Assembly (NCBI GenBank): GCA_022566215.1
Contig: JADFJJ010000003.1
Location: 2,445 to 66,444 of the forward strand
Direction of reading: 5' to 3'
DNA from: Pseudomonadota bacterium
GTDB lineage: Bacteria; Pseudomonadota; Alphaproteobacteria; Sphingomonadales; SMXR01
DNA: 64,000 nucleotides
A model generated the notes under the pieces. It had not been told where the DNA came from. It made no database searches and worked only from the letters and a program-made list of their open reading frames with translations. Numbering within the stretch: position 1 is the stretch's first letter; each line of letters starts with the position of its first letter. This document shows, one piece after another, positions 33,544-43,089 of the stretch. The position numbers and the translations under genes were made by a program.

Positions 33544-36018
33544 ATGGCAAAAAAAGAAGACCCGCAAAATCCTTTTATCAAAAAAATCGCCAGGTTTTAC
33601 CTGCGGTTTTGCGGACTGATTTTAGTGCTGACCCTGGCGTTGGCCTATGGCGCCTTTTCCAAAATTACCCAGCTTAAGATCGACACCAACATCCAGGCGC
33701 TGATGCCGGAAAATATTCCCAGCATCAAAAACCTGGAAAAAGTCCTCGAAAAAACCGGCAGTTTTTCCAGCGCCATGGTGGTTATCTCCTCCCCCGATCC
33801 GGATGCCGCGGTACGCTTTGCCCGCGCCATGCAGGCCAAGATCATGCTTGAGCTGGATTGGGTTGCATCGGCCGATTACGCTGAAGATTTCACTCTCTTT
33901 AACAACAACAAGCTGTTGTATATGGAGGAACAGGACCTCCTGAACCTGAAGGATTGGGTTAGTGACCAGGTCATCAAGAGGCGCGATGAAATCCTCGAAC
34001 AACTGACCGGGCTGCCGATCAACATTACCCTCAGGACCCAGCCCGGCCCAAGGCTTTTGACCGACCAACAAATCGAAGATATCCGCAGCCGGATCGAAGA
34101 CCCTGACAGCCCGATCCTCAGCAAGGGAACCCAGCGCCTGTTCCAGAGTGACGATAAGGAAGTGACCCTGCTGGTGGTCTGGCCCAGGGATTCGTCAATG
34201 AGCCTTGAGACCTCGAAAATAATAATCGAGGACCTTGAGGCTGCGGCTGAACAATTGAACCCGGCCGCCTTTCACCCCGAAATGACGGTCGGGATTGGCG
34301 GGCGCATCTACAATCGGGTGGTGCAATATAACGCCATCATGGATGATGTGAAATCAAGCAGCCTCATTTCCGGAGTGCTGATTTTGGTTTTGCTGACCCT
34401 TTATTTCCGCAGCTTGAGAGCGATTTTTTTCCTGGTCATTCCGCTGGCAACCGGGATTATCTGGACGTTGGGAGTAACCCAGATGGTGATTGGCGGGCTC
34501 AATTTGATCACCATATTCCTGGTGCTGATTCTGTTCGGGCTGGGGATTGACTTTGGCATCCACGGCCTTTCCCGATACCGCGAGGCGCGCATTTCCGGCG
34601 CTTCGGTTGAGGAAGCGATTTGTATTATCATCAGCCGCACCGGGGCCGCCTCGCTGATGGCCGGGGTCACCACAGCGGTCGGGTTTTTTGCCCTCCTTAT
34701 CACTGATTTCAGGGCCTTTTACGAATTCGGGTTCATTGCCGGAACCGGGATCATCCTCACTTATATTTCCACCTACACGATGCTGCCGGCGATGTTGGCG
34801 CTGGCGGAAAAATACGGCCTTTACAAAACCGGCAAGGTGTTCGTTTCCCCGTTCAGGTTCAAAGGCAAGAAATACCCGCGCCCGTGGCGTACCATTATCG
34901 GCATAGGGGTTCTTCTGGTCATCAGCGCCGGGCTGGCGACCCTGGTCTCCTTTGAAAACGATTTCGGCAAGCTGCAGGCTGAACGCAACCCCGAACACCA
35001 GGCGATTGGAGCCAAAATCGCCAAGGTGTTCCCGGATGGCACCGACCGGGCAGTGTTGATTGTCGACACTCTGCAGGAGATCAAGGCGATCACTGACTAT
35101 TTCAACGACTACATCGAAAAAGACACAGAAACTCCAACCATCCGAAAGATTGACAGCATTTTCTCCTACCTTCCGGAGGAGGCTGAGCAGGAGAAAAAAC
35201 TGAAGATCATCAACGACATCAAGGATGCCCTGGGCGGTTTTGACGTTTCGCTGGAAGAAGAGGGTCTCGGCGAGGGCATGCTGCAGACCTATCTCGATAT
35301 CGGCAAGCTCAGCCCGGATGACCTGCCCGAAGGCCTGAAACGCGTCTACAAGGGCCTTCCCGGCACCCCCGGTTATCTTCTGTATATTTTTAATTCGGTG
35401 TCCATGTACCAGGCCGACAAGGCGCGCCAGTTCGCCGACGACATCCGTGAGTTTACGGTCGAAGGCAAAACCTATTATCCGGCCACCGAAGCGCTTATTT
35501 TTGTCGACATGCTGAGCCTGATGAAGAAAGAGGCGGGGTGGGCCATCCTGGCGGTCTCGGTCGTCACCCTGATGATGCTGTTCCTGTTCTTCCGCAATCT
35601 CAAATGCGCCTTTCTGGTTCTTTCCCCAACGCTGGCGGGGCTGTTGATCCTGTTCGGCGCCATGGGCCTGTTTGATATCCGGCTTTCGATTTTCAATATG
35701 GTGATCCTGCCCACCATCATCGGCATCGGGGTTGATAACGGCATTCATATTTACCACCGCTACCGCGAGGAACGCGGCAACGTTATGAAGGTGCTGTTTA
35801 CCACCGGCGGCGCGGCGGCGGTCACCACGGTGACCACCGCGCTCGGCTTTTCCGGCATGCTGACCGCGCAGATGGGCGGGTTGCAATCGCTGGGGATTTT
35901 GGCGACCATCGGCCTGGCGGCCTGTCTCTTCACCAGCTGGACCCTGCTGCCAGCGCTCCTGCAAAATAAAAAATTAATTCTGGAGCCTGAGCATATTGTG
36001 TTTGAAGCGGACACTTGA
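33544..36018 (+). CDS. MMPL/RND-superfamily exporter (HpnN/COG1033-like)
   Basis: About 825 aa with two 6-TM bundles, each followed by a large soluble loop. Duplicated motif GLGIDFGIHGLSRYREAR / GIGVDNGIHIYHRYREER. The ORF begins at TTG 33532, and ATG 33544 is taken as the start. Confidence 0.75.
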   Translation: MAKKEDPQNPFIKKIARFYLRFCGLILVLTLALAYGAFSKITQLKIDTNIQALMPENIPSIKNLEKVLEKTGSFSSAMVVISSPDPDAAVRFARAMQAKIMLELDWVASADYAEDFTLFNNNKLLYMEEQDLLNLKDWVSDQVIKRRDEILEQLTGLPINITLRTQPGPRLLTDQQIEDIRSRIEDPDSPILSKGTQRLFQSDDKEVTLLVVWPRDSSMSLETSKIIIEDLEAAAEQLNPAAFHPEMTVGIGGRIYNRVVQYNAIMDDVKSSSLISGVLILVLLTLYFRSLRAIFFLVIPLATGIIWTLGVTQMVIGGLNLITIFLVLILFGLGIDFGIHGLSRYREARISGASVEEAICIIISRTGAASLMAGVTTAVGFFALLITDFRAFYEFGFIAGTGIILTYISTYTMLPAMLALAEKYGLYKTGKVFVSPFRFKGKKYPRPWRTIIGIGVLLVISAGLATLVSFENDFGKLQAERNPEHQAIGAKIAKVFPDGTDRAVLIVDTLQEIKAITDYFNDYIEKDTETPTIRKIDSIFSYLPEEAEQEKKLKIINDIKDALGGFDVSLEEEGLGEGMLQTYLDIGKLSPDDLPEGLKRVYKGLPGTPGYLLYIFNSVSMYQADKARQFADDIREFTVEGKTYYPATEALIFVDMLSLMKKEAGWAILAVSVVTLMMLFLFFRNLKCAFLVLSPTLAGLLILFGAMGLFDIRLSIFNMVILPTIIGIGVDNGIHIYHRYREERGNVMKVLFTTGGAAAVTTVTTALGFSGMLTAQMGGLQSLGILATIGLAACLFTSWTLLPALLQNKKLILEPEHIVFEADT

Positions 36019-36070
36019 TTGGGCTATGAAGCAGGCCCGAATTAAATTTCAAGAGCATTAATATATACTG

Positions 36071-36928
36071 ATGTCCTCGCGCGCCCCGGAAATTGAAGAT
36101 TACAGCAATCTGTGGCTGTTTCACCCGATCAGCCACCGGCTGGCGAAAGCTTTGAGCAAGACCCCTGTTCACCCCAACATGGTATCCTTTGCCGGGGCTG
36201 TTTTCGGAGTTTTGGCGGCCATCAATTATTATCATTATGATCAGGGGAATTCAGCTCTCTTGGCTTTTTTCTATATGTTGGTCTGGCACGTCCTGGATGG
36301 CACCGACGGCCAACTGGCTCGACTTACAGGCAAGGCCACCACGGCAGGCCGGGCGATCGACGGAATGGCCGATCATCTGGTTTATATTTCTGTTTATGTC
36401 GCCCTGGGTCTGGCGCTAACCGAGCAGATGTCAGGTTTTGTTTTCATTTGGGCGCTTGTCGCCGGGGCCTCCCACGCACTTCAAGCATCGCTCCTGGACC
36501 GGCAACGGCAAGTCTATCTGTTTTGGGTATACAGCGGAAAGGCGGGGGGAAAACCGTCCCGGCCGATCCCGCCAAAGTCAAAATTCTTAAGAGGTTTGCA
36601 CATGTATTTTCAGATAACAGCCGATTATTTTGACAGCAGCGACACCCCCAGACAACTGGCGTATGACCTGAAAATTGGCAAATCCGGGAGTGAACTGGCT
36701 TCCGCCTATTATAGAAAAAATTATGTCAATTACCTTCATACCTGGTCGCTGGTCAGCCCCAATGCGCACACCGCCGCAATTTTCATTTTCGCCTACCTGG
36801 GCCAGCCGCTTTATTATTTCCTGTTTGAAATTTTCGTCATGAACGCTATCGTTTTCATTCTGCTGCGGTTCAAAAAGCATAAGGACGCCGCTTTTTGTGA
36901 CTGGATGAAAAACGTGAAACGCAAATAG
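36071..36928 (+). CDS. CDP-alcohol phosphotransferase family membrane protein (canonical motif)
   Basis: DGTDGQLAR-LTGKATTA-G-RAI-D-GMA-D fits DGx2ARx8Gx3Dx3D exactly. 285 aa, multi-TM. Confidence 0.8.
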   Translation: MSSRAPEIEDYSNLWLFHPISHRLAKALSKTPVHPNMVSFAGAVFGVLAAINYYHYDQGNSALLAFFYMLVWHVLDGTDGQLARLTGKATTAGRAIDGMADHLVYISVYVALGLALTEQMSGFVFIWALVAGASHALQASLLDRQRQVYLFWVYSGKAGGKPSRPIPPKSKFLRGLHMYFQITADYFDSSDTPRQLAYDLKIGKSGSELASAYYRKNYVNYLHTWSLVSPNAHTAAIFIFAYLGQPLYYFLFEIFVMNAIVFILLRFKKHKDAAFCDWMKNVKRK

Positions 36929-37039
36929 GCTTTAAAAAATAAAACATAACCGGGCCGATGTTTATTATCAATTTTCCGAGAGGTTTAATATATTCTTTAT
37001 CCCTTCCATTTAAACAATATGGTAAGAAGATAAGAACTT

Positions 37040-39415
37040 ATGTTTAGGATCCGCTTATTTGGTTTAATTCTTGCGGCCTTTGCATGCCTTGCCTTGAGCG
37101 CATGTGGCGGGCCGGCAAAACCGTCACCGGGAGGAGGTACGGTTGCGCCGCCTCCTCCGCCGCCGCCGCCCCCTCCTCCGCCGCCGCCGCCCCCTCCTCC
37201 TACGGACAACACCCCCATGCCGGCCGCCGGTACGGGTGCTTTTGCAACTAATGAATACCGGGCCAACTGGGGCCTGAATGCGGTCAACCCGATACCCGCC
37301 TACGAGGCCGGGGCAACCGGGTTGGGGGTTTCAGTGGCGGTGATTGACACCGGCCTTAACGTTGACCACACCGATCTTGACGACAACGTAGATCCCAACA
37401 GCATCGATATAGTTGGCCACGGAGATTCAGACGTGTTTGGCCCGGATTTACATGGTACCCAGGTAGCTGGAATCATAGCGGCTGAGAAAAACAACAGCGG
37501 AATGCACGGGGTTTCTTTTGAATCCCTGATCATGGCCATCAGGATTGATTTCGCAGATTCCTGTTCTAACGAAACCGATTGTATTTTTTTTACAAGTGAT
37601 ATTGTTCGCGCCATAGATTATGCCGTCGCCCATGGCGCCCGGGTCATAAACCTCAGCTTAGGCGGAGATGGCGCCAGCAGCGATTTGATTGCCGCGCTGG
37701 CGGCCGCGGTTGATGCCGGTGTGTTTGTTGTCATTTCCGCCGGCAACGATAGCGAAGGTAACCCCAGCGCCACCGCCCAGGTCGCCTTGTCCGCCGGAAT
37801 TTCCGGCGGCATGTTGATCGTCGGCGCGATTGGCGCCAACGGCACTCTTGCCTCTTTTTCCAACCGGGCGGGTAATTCCCGGAATGTCTTTGTGGTCGCC
37901 CCCGGAGTGAATATTTTCACGACCTCCAATAATAATATTTACGCCCGGGTCAGCGGAACCTCTTTCGCCGCTCCCCATGTGTCCGGCGCCGCGGCGCTGT
38001 TGTTTTCCCTTTTCCCCAATCTGGTGGGAACCGATATATTTGATATCCTGACCCAAACAGCTACCGATTTCGGCGCCAACGGGGTCGACAACGTCTACGG
38101 CTTTGGGCTGATCGATATCGGCGCCGCGCTTCAGCCGCTGGGGCCGCAGTCGATTGTCACCATGTCCTTAACCAGTGATGAGATGATCGACATTTCCATG
38201 GACGACACCGGCGGCGGGTTCTCGATCGCCTTTGGCGACGCCATATTCAATGCTCAGGGGTTTTCCTCGGTCATGATGCTGGACGGTTTCAGGCGCTCCT
38301 ACATGGTCGATTTAAGCTCCCGGATGGAGGCCCTGTACCGGCCCAGCCTGTCACTGGCCGATGCCATCGAAAGCCGCCGCCAGCGCCAGTCGCTGTTTAT
38401 TCCGCTCTCCGGCGCCGGCAGCCTGTCATTTTCCTTCTACGACCGCTACCGGCTGATCCGCGACCTGGCCCCGGCGCTCAGCATGGCGACCCAGGACCTG
38501 CTCAGGCAGGAAGCCCCGGCGACCTTTTTCCAGTCCACGCTCAAGGATGATCTGACTTTAAGTTTTGCCTTCGGCTTTAGCCCCGGTGATGTTCTGATGC
38601 GCCAGGGGGATTTGAACACTGCCGGATATGGGTTTCTGACCGCCAATTTCGGCGGCGCCACGCATCTTTCCCTGGCCAGTTCGCCCAAGACCGTCAATTT
38701 GAAGAAAACCACGGATGGCAAGATTTCGCTGCTGTTCGGGGTTTCCACGGGCACCTATAACGTTGCCGAATTCCTGCCCTATGCCAGCAATCTCCCGAAA
38801 GCCACCGTCACCTCTACCTATATCCGCGCCGCCCGCAAATCGGGGGCGCTGATGTTGAACCTGACGGCCGGGGTGATGGAAGAGAAAAACGCCGTCCTGG
38901 GCAGCATTTCAACCGGGGCGCTGACACTTGGCGACGGGGCCGCCACTGCCTTCCTCGGGGTCCAGGGGGAAGTGGATCTGGGCCGGGGGTTTTCCCTGTT
39001 CGGCCAGTATGAGGCCGGCTGGACCTCGGTCAAGGGAGCGGAGTTTAGCCTGATCGGGAATGTTTCCAGTTTCCGCACCTCCAGCTTTACCGCGGCGCTG
39101 ACCAAAAACCGGGTGTTCGGGAAACGCGACCGGATCGGGATCGCCGTCCACCAGCCGCTGCGGGTGGAAAACGGGACCCTGTCGCTGGTCTTGCCGACCG
39201 GGCGCGATTATGCCATCGACCGGATTCTCTTCAGCAATGACCGGGCCGGGCTGAGCCCCTCCGCGCGCGAGATTGATGTCGAGATCAGCTACCGCCTGGT
39301 CACCCGCGCCGGGTTCACCTTCGAGGCCAACCTGGTGCACCAGTTCAACCCCGGCCACACCATCAACCTCAGCCACGCCAGCGCGGTCCTGTTCCGCCTC
39401 ACCAAGGTTTATTAA
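37040..39415 (+). CDS. Lipoprotein-type subtilisin (S8) autotransporter (NalP/SphB1-like architecture)
   Basis: Lipobox LALSAC-GG, an 18-residue poly-Pro linker, and the S8 triad contexts VAVIDTGL, HGTQVAGII and GTSFAAPHVSGAAALL. The C-terminal approximately 270 aa form a beta-barrel-like translocator. Confidence 0.85.
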   Translation: MFRIRLFGLILAAFACLALSACGGPAKPSPGGGTVAPPPPPPPPPPPPPPPPPPTDNTPMPAAGTGAFATNEYRANWGLNAVNPIPAYEAGATGLGVSVAVIDTGLNVDHTDLDDNVDPNSIDIVGHGDSDVFGPDLHGTQVAGIIAAEKNNSGMHGVSFESLIMAIRIDFADSCSNETDCIFFTSDIVRAIDYAVAHGARVINLSLGGDGASSDLIAALAAAVDAGVFVVISAGNDSEGNPSATAQVALSAGISGGMLIVGAIGANGTLASFSNRAGNSRNVFVVAPGVNIFTTSNNNIYARVSGTSFAAPHVSGAAALLFSLFPNLVGTDIFDILTQTATDFGANGVDNVYGFGLIDIGAALQPLGPQSIVTMSLTSDEMIDISMDDTGGGFSIAFGDAIFNAQGFSSVMMLDGFRRSYMVDLSSRMEALYRPSLSLADAIESRRQRQSLFIPLSGAGSLSFSFYDRYRLIRDLAPALSMATQDLLRQEAPATFFQSTLKDDLTLSFAFGFSPGDVLMRQGDLNTAGYGFLTANFGGATHLSLASSPKTVNLKKTTDGKISLLFGVSTGTYNVAEFLPYASNLPKATVTSTYIRAARKSGALMLNLTAGVMEEKNAVLGSISTGALTLGDGAATAFLGVQGEVDLGRGFSLFGQYEAGWTSVKGAEFSLIGNVSSFRTSSFTAALTKNRVFGKRDRIGIAVHQPLRVENGTLSLVLPTGRDYAIDRILFSNDRAGLSPSAREIDVEISYRLVTRAGFTFEANLVHQFNPGHTINLSHASAVLFRLTKVY
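37148..37201 (+). repeat. Poly-proline coding microsatellite (18 Pro codons, 21-nt unit duplicated)
   Basis: CCTCCTCCGCCGCCGCCGCCC occurs twice in tandem (37151-37192), flanked by further CCN codons. Confidence 0.9.
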
Positions 39416-39423
39416 ACACCCCC

Positions 39424-40815
39424 TCAAGGGGTCGCCACCGGCAGCTGTAATTCGACCTTGAGGCCGCCCATCTTGGACCTTTTGAGGTGCGCCTTGCCGC
39501 CATAAATCTGGGTAATGTCGCGGACAATCGCCAGCCCCAGGCCTGAGCCGGGAACCCCTTCATCCATTTTTTTGCCACGCCGGTAAAGCGAGGGCCGCTG
39601 GTTGCGGTCGACCCCCGGGCCGTCATCCTCAACAATCAAAATCATGGCGACCGGGGCGCCGTTTACCCTTTTGCATTTGGCGGTGACGCGAATTTTCGAG
39701 GCGGCCCATTTGGCGGCGTTGTCCAGCAGGTTGCCAAGGATTTCCTCCAGGTCCTGTTTTTCGCCGTGGAACATCAGTCCCGGCTCGATTTCCACCGTTA
39801 GCTCCAGGTTTCGTTTCTGGTAGAGGCGCTGGATGGTGCGCCCGACGTTGATGATCGAAACCTCCACCTCTGTCTTGGCCTTGATGTGCCGGGAATGGCC
39901 GATCGCCCGGGCGCGCGCCAGCTGATGGTCGACATTGCGGCGGATGATGGTGGTCTGTTTGCCCACCAGCTCTGAAAACCGGGTTTTCTTATGTGAGGCA
40001 ATTTCATTGGAAATAATCGACAGGGGTGTTTTCAGTGAGTGGGCCAGGTTGCCCATCTGGGTCCGGGCCCGCTCGACCAGGGTTTCATTCTGGGCCAGCA
40101 CTGCGTTCATTTCATCCACCAGCGGCTTGATCTCGGGCGGACAGTCCTGGGGCAGGCGCTTGCGGTTGCCCTCGCGAATCTCCGACAGGCCGGTTTTGAC
40201 ATCCCTGAGCGGGGACAGGCCGAAAGCCACCTGCAAAACCATCGCCACCACGATACCGAAACCCAGCCCCCCCAGCGACCATATAACAATCCGGTTAAAG
40301 TGGGCGATGTGGCTAAGCATTTCGCTGACGTCGCTGGCCATCATAAAGATGAAGGTCTGGTCGGTTCCGGGGAGCAATATTTCCCTTTCAAGAATCCGCA
40401 GCGTCTGGCCTTCGGGTCCCGGAGCCTCATAGGTTCTGCGCACCAGGCCAGCATTGCTGAAATCTACCGTCAGCTCCTGGTCCCAAAGCGACCGCGAGCG
40501 GATGCTTTCTTGCCCAACCGCCGAGATTTGCCAATACCAGCCTGAATATGGTTCGTTAAAACGCTGGTCGCTCAAGGGGCGGGAAAAGATGATCGTCCCG
40601 TCATCGCCAATGTCGCTGACGCCGATCATGCTGTCCATGGTCTGGCTGAGGCGGTCATCGGTTTCGGTTTCGACGTGATCGCGAAACGCCGCCGAAAGCA
40701 ATATGCCCCCCACTGTCAGGGCCAGCATCAGCCACAGCAGGGAAGCCAGCAATAGCCGGCCGGTCAGGGACTTCGGGTTGGCCCAGGGGAATTTCGATGC
40801 TTTATTCGCCCTCAT
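39424..40815 (-). CDS. Sensor histidine kinase (periplasmic sensor, HAMP, HisKA, HATPase)
   Basis: H-box NLAHSLKTPLS, N box LGNLLDNAAKWA, G boxes VEDDGPGV and GSGLGLAIV. Start taken at MRANKAS (40815), overlapping the regulator gene by 14 nt. Confidence 0.85.
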   Translation of the reverse strand: MRANKASKFPWANPKSLTGRLLLASLLWLMLALTVGGILLSAAFRDHVETETDDRLSQTMDSMIGVSDIGDDGTIIFSRPLSDQRFNEPYSGWYWQISAVGQESIRSRSLWDQELTVDFSNAGLVRRTYEAPGPEGQTLRILEREILLPGTDQTFIFMMASDVSEMLSHIAHFNRIVIWSLGGLGFGIVVAMVLQVAFGLSPLRDVKTGLSEIREGNRKRLPQDCPPEIKPLVDEMNAVLAQNETLVERARTQMGNLAHSLKTPLSIISNEIASHKKTRFSELVGKQTTIIRRNVDHQLARARAIGHSRHIKAKTEVEVSIINVGRTIQRLYQKRNLELTVEIEPGLMFHGEKQDLEEILGNLLDNAAKWAASKIRVTAKCKRVNGAPVAMILIVEDDGPGVDRNQRPSLYRRGKKMDEGVPGSGLGLAIVRDITQIYGGKAHLKRSKMGGLKVELQLPVATP

Positions 40816-41473
40816 CCGGATCCGCCAGACGATAGCCCAGGCCGCGCTTGGTTTGAATGATATTGACGCCAAGTTTTTTGCGGATGCGATTAATAAATAC
40901 CTCGATAGTATTTGAATCCCGGTCAAAATCCTGGTCGTAGATATGTTCGGTCAGTCCGGTCCTGGAAATAATCTCGTCCCGGTGGTGCATCAGGTAAGAA
41001 AGCAGTTTGTATTCCAGTGCCGTCAGCTTGATCGCCTGGCCATCGACCGTGACTTTTGAATTTTTGGTGTTCAGGGTCACCGGGCCGCAGGAAATATCGC
41101 TGGTCGCCAAGCCCGAGGAGCGCCTGATCAGGGCGCGCACACGGGCCAACAGCTCTTCCATCTTGAACGGCTTGGTCAAATAATCATCGGCGCCGGCGTC
41201 AAGCCCGGCGACCTTTTCGCTCCAGGTGTCCCTTGCGGTCAGGATCAAAACCGGAAAGATGTGTCCGGCGCCGCGCCATTTTTCCAGAACGCTGACCCCA
41301 TCCATGATCGGCAGTCCGAGATCAAGGATTATCACATCATAAGGCTCGGTATCGCCCAGGAAGTGCCCTTCCTCGCCGTCCCCCGCACAATCCACCACAT
41401 AGCCCGAATCAATCAGGGCCTTTTTGATCTGCCGCGATAGATCCGGTTCGTCTTCGACCAGTAAAACGCGCAT
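40802..41473 (-). CDS. OmpR/PhoB-family response regulator
   Basis: Receiver MRVLLVEDE...DVIILDLGLP...LILTAR, and a winged-helix output LTALEYKLLSYLM...GLGYRL. Confidence 0.9.
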   Translation of the reverse strand: MRVLLVEDEPDLSRQIKKALIDSGYVVDCAGDGEEGHFLGDTEPYDVIILDLGLPIMDGVSVLEKWRGAGHIFPVLILTARDTWSEKVAGLDAGADDYLTKPFKMEELLARVRALIRRSSGLATSDISCGPVTLNTKNSKVTVDGQAIKLTALEYKLLSYLMHHRDEIISRTGLTEHIYDQDFDRDSNTIEVFINRIRKKLGVNIIQTKRGLGYRLADPDEGE

Positions 41474-41475
41474 TC

Positions 41476-41790
41476 CTATCTCCCGCTGGTTTTAATGACG
41501 TTGCCGGTTTTTGCGTCCATGACCACCGACATGACCTTGCCGTCCTCGTTAAGCAGTTTTAATTCATAGACCCATTTTCCGGGGCCGGTCTGGCGGAGTT
41601 TCTGTCCGACCACCCGGCCGCCGAACCGCTGCTCGGCCTGCCGGGCGATTTGCCCGTAGGGAATAAGATCACCTTTCTTCCTGCCCTTCAGGGCTTCATC
41701 CTGATCCGGACGGGCAACCCCGGCCCCGGGCACGGCGGCAAGGAAGAAAAGGCATACAAGGCCTGACAATATGGTGCGCATGATGTTCAT
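41476..41790 (-). CDS. PepSY-domain periplasmic protein
   Basis: 104 aa with a signal peptide. ...GRVVGQKLRQTGPGKWVYELKLLNEDGKVMSVVMDAKTG is PepSY-like. It sits first in the operon with the two-component pair. Confidence 0.6.
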   Translation of the reverse strand: MNIMRTILSGLVCLFFLAAVPGAGVARPDQDEALKGRKKGDLIPYGQIARQAEQRFGGRVVGQKLRQTGPGKWVYELKLLNEDGKVMSVVMDAKTGNVIKTSGR

Positions 41791-41923
41791 AGTGTTTATG
41801 AGTCTGCGGTCTAGTGTTACATACCCCTAGTGAACCATATATGAACAGAAAATTTATTCAGTATTAAGATTTTTCAGCAAGTTGGGGCTGTAAAAATCCC
41901 TCAATTAGAGGCTATAAGAAGCC

Positions 41924-43042
41924 ATGCATTTTAAACACTACATTTTATTTGCCGTTTTGGGTTTTACGCTTTTGTTTATTTTGCTTCCTGAAAAAACCGA
42001 TCAGGTGGTTGATACCACGCTTTCCGGCGGGATTGTCGCCCACCTCCCGGACCCCACCAGCAACAATGCCGCAGCGGGAGTGATGGTTGAAGGTGAGCCT
42101 TATCTATTTTCCTTTTCCGGCCTGGGTGAAGGCAAGGAACGGAGCGATATCCACTCCCGGGCCTACCTCATTAACATCAACGAACAGTGGGCGCGCGAGC
42201 TGCCCCCGCTCCCGGGCGGGAAAAACCGGCTGGCCAGCATTGCGGTTGCGGTTGCCGGTACGGTTTATGTGATCGGCGGCTATACCGTGGCGGAAGATGG
42301 CCATGAGCTGTCCACCCCGGAAGTTTACGCTTTTGACCCGGCCCGTGAAAGCTACGCTGAATTGGCGCCGATGCCGGTTCCGGTGGATGATACCGTGGCT
42401 TTTGTTTATCAGGACCGCTACATTTATCTGGTCAGCGGCTGGCATGATAAAGGTAATGTTTCCGAGGTTCAGGTTTATGACACGGTTGAAGACATTTGGT
42501 TCAAAGCCACGCCCTACCCCGGCTCACCTGTTTTCGGCCATGCCGGGGGGATTGCCGGCAATCGCTTTGTGATCGCCGACGGGGTTAAGATGCTGGAGGG
42601 TGTCGAGGGCGCCGGCCGTTTCAAAGCCAGCGAAGAAGTTTATCTCGGGACCATCGATGCGGATGATCCGGCGCTCATTTCATGGCGGCAGTTGCCGCCC
42701 CATCCCGGCAATCCGCTCTTCCGCATGGCCGCCACCGGGGTGGCGGATAAAAACCTGGTGATTTTCGCCGGCGGTTCGGATAATCCCTACAATTTCGACG
42801 GGATCGGTTATGACGGAGCGCCGAGCGCGCCCTCGGCCTCGGTTTTCGGCTTTGATATCGCCGCCAAGGAATGGCGTCTCTACGGGGAAAAGCCTTATCC
42901 CACCATGGACCACCGCGGGCTGGTGGAATTGGACGGGCGTTTTTATATCATCGGCGGCATGACCAAGGGCCAAGAGCCCTCGGACGCCGTCAGCTGGTTT
43001 GAATTGCCGGACAGGAGTAAGAACGACCACGGGAATGATTGA
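41924..43042 (+). CDS. Kelch-repeat beta-propeller protein (NanM/galactose-oxidase-like), membrane-anchored or secreted
   Basis: N-terminal hydrophobic helix followed by repeated ...YVIGGY..., ...IYLVSGW..., ...FVIADG..., ...LVIFAGG..., ...FYIIGGM... blades. Confidence 0.55.
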   Translation: MHFKHYILFAVLGFTLLFILLPEKTDQVVDTTLSGGIVAHLPDPTSNNAAAGVMVEGEPYLFSFSGLGEGKERSDIHSRAYLININEQWARELPPLPGGKNRLASIAVAVAGTVYVIGGYTVAEDGHELSTPEVYAFDPARESYAELAPMPVPVDDTVAFVYQDRYIYLVSGWHDKGNVSEVQVYDTVEDIWFKATPYPGSPVFGHAGGIAGNRFVIADGVKMLEGVEGAGRFKASEEVYLGTIDADDPALISWRQLPPHPGNPLFRMAATGVADKNLVIFAGGSDNPYNFDGIGYDGAPSAPSASVFGFDIAAKEWRLYGEKPYPTMDHRGLVELDGRFYIIGGMTKGQEPSDAVSWFELPDRSKNDHGND

Positions 43043-43089
43043 AACCCAAAAAATATTAAAAACGATGCTAATATTTTCCTGCTTATAAA

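Noticed and set aside
34354-35964. 536-aa minus-strand ORF
   Set aside because: It is antisense to the MMPL exporter. The translation is dominated by Q/R/G/P/H runs with no hydrophobic core.
36997-37287. 96-aa minus-strand ORF with a poly-Gly run
   Set aside because: It is the reverse complement of the poly-Pro linker of the S8 autotransporter, so it is an artefact of the CCN repeat.
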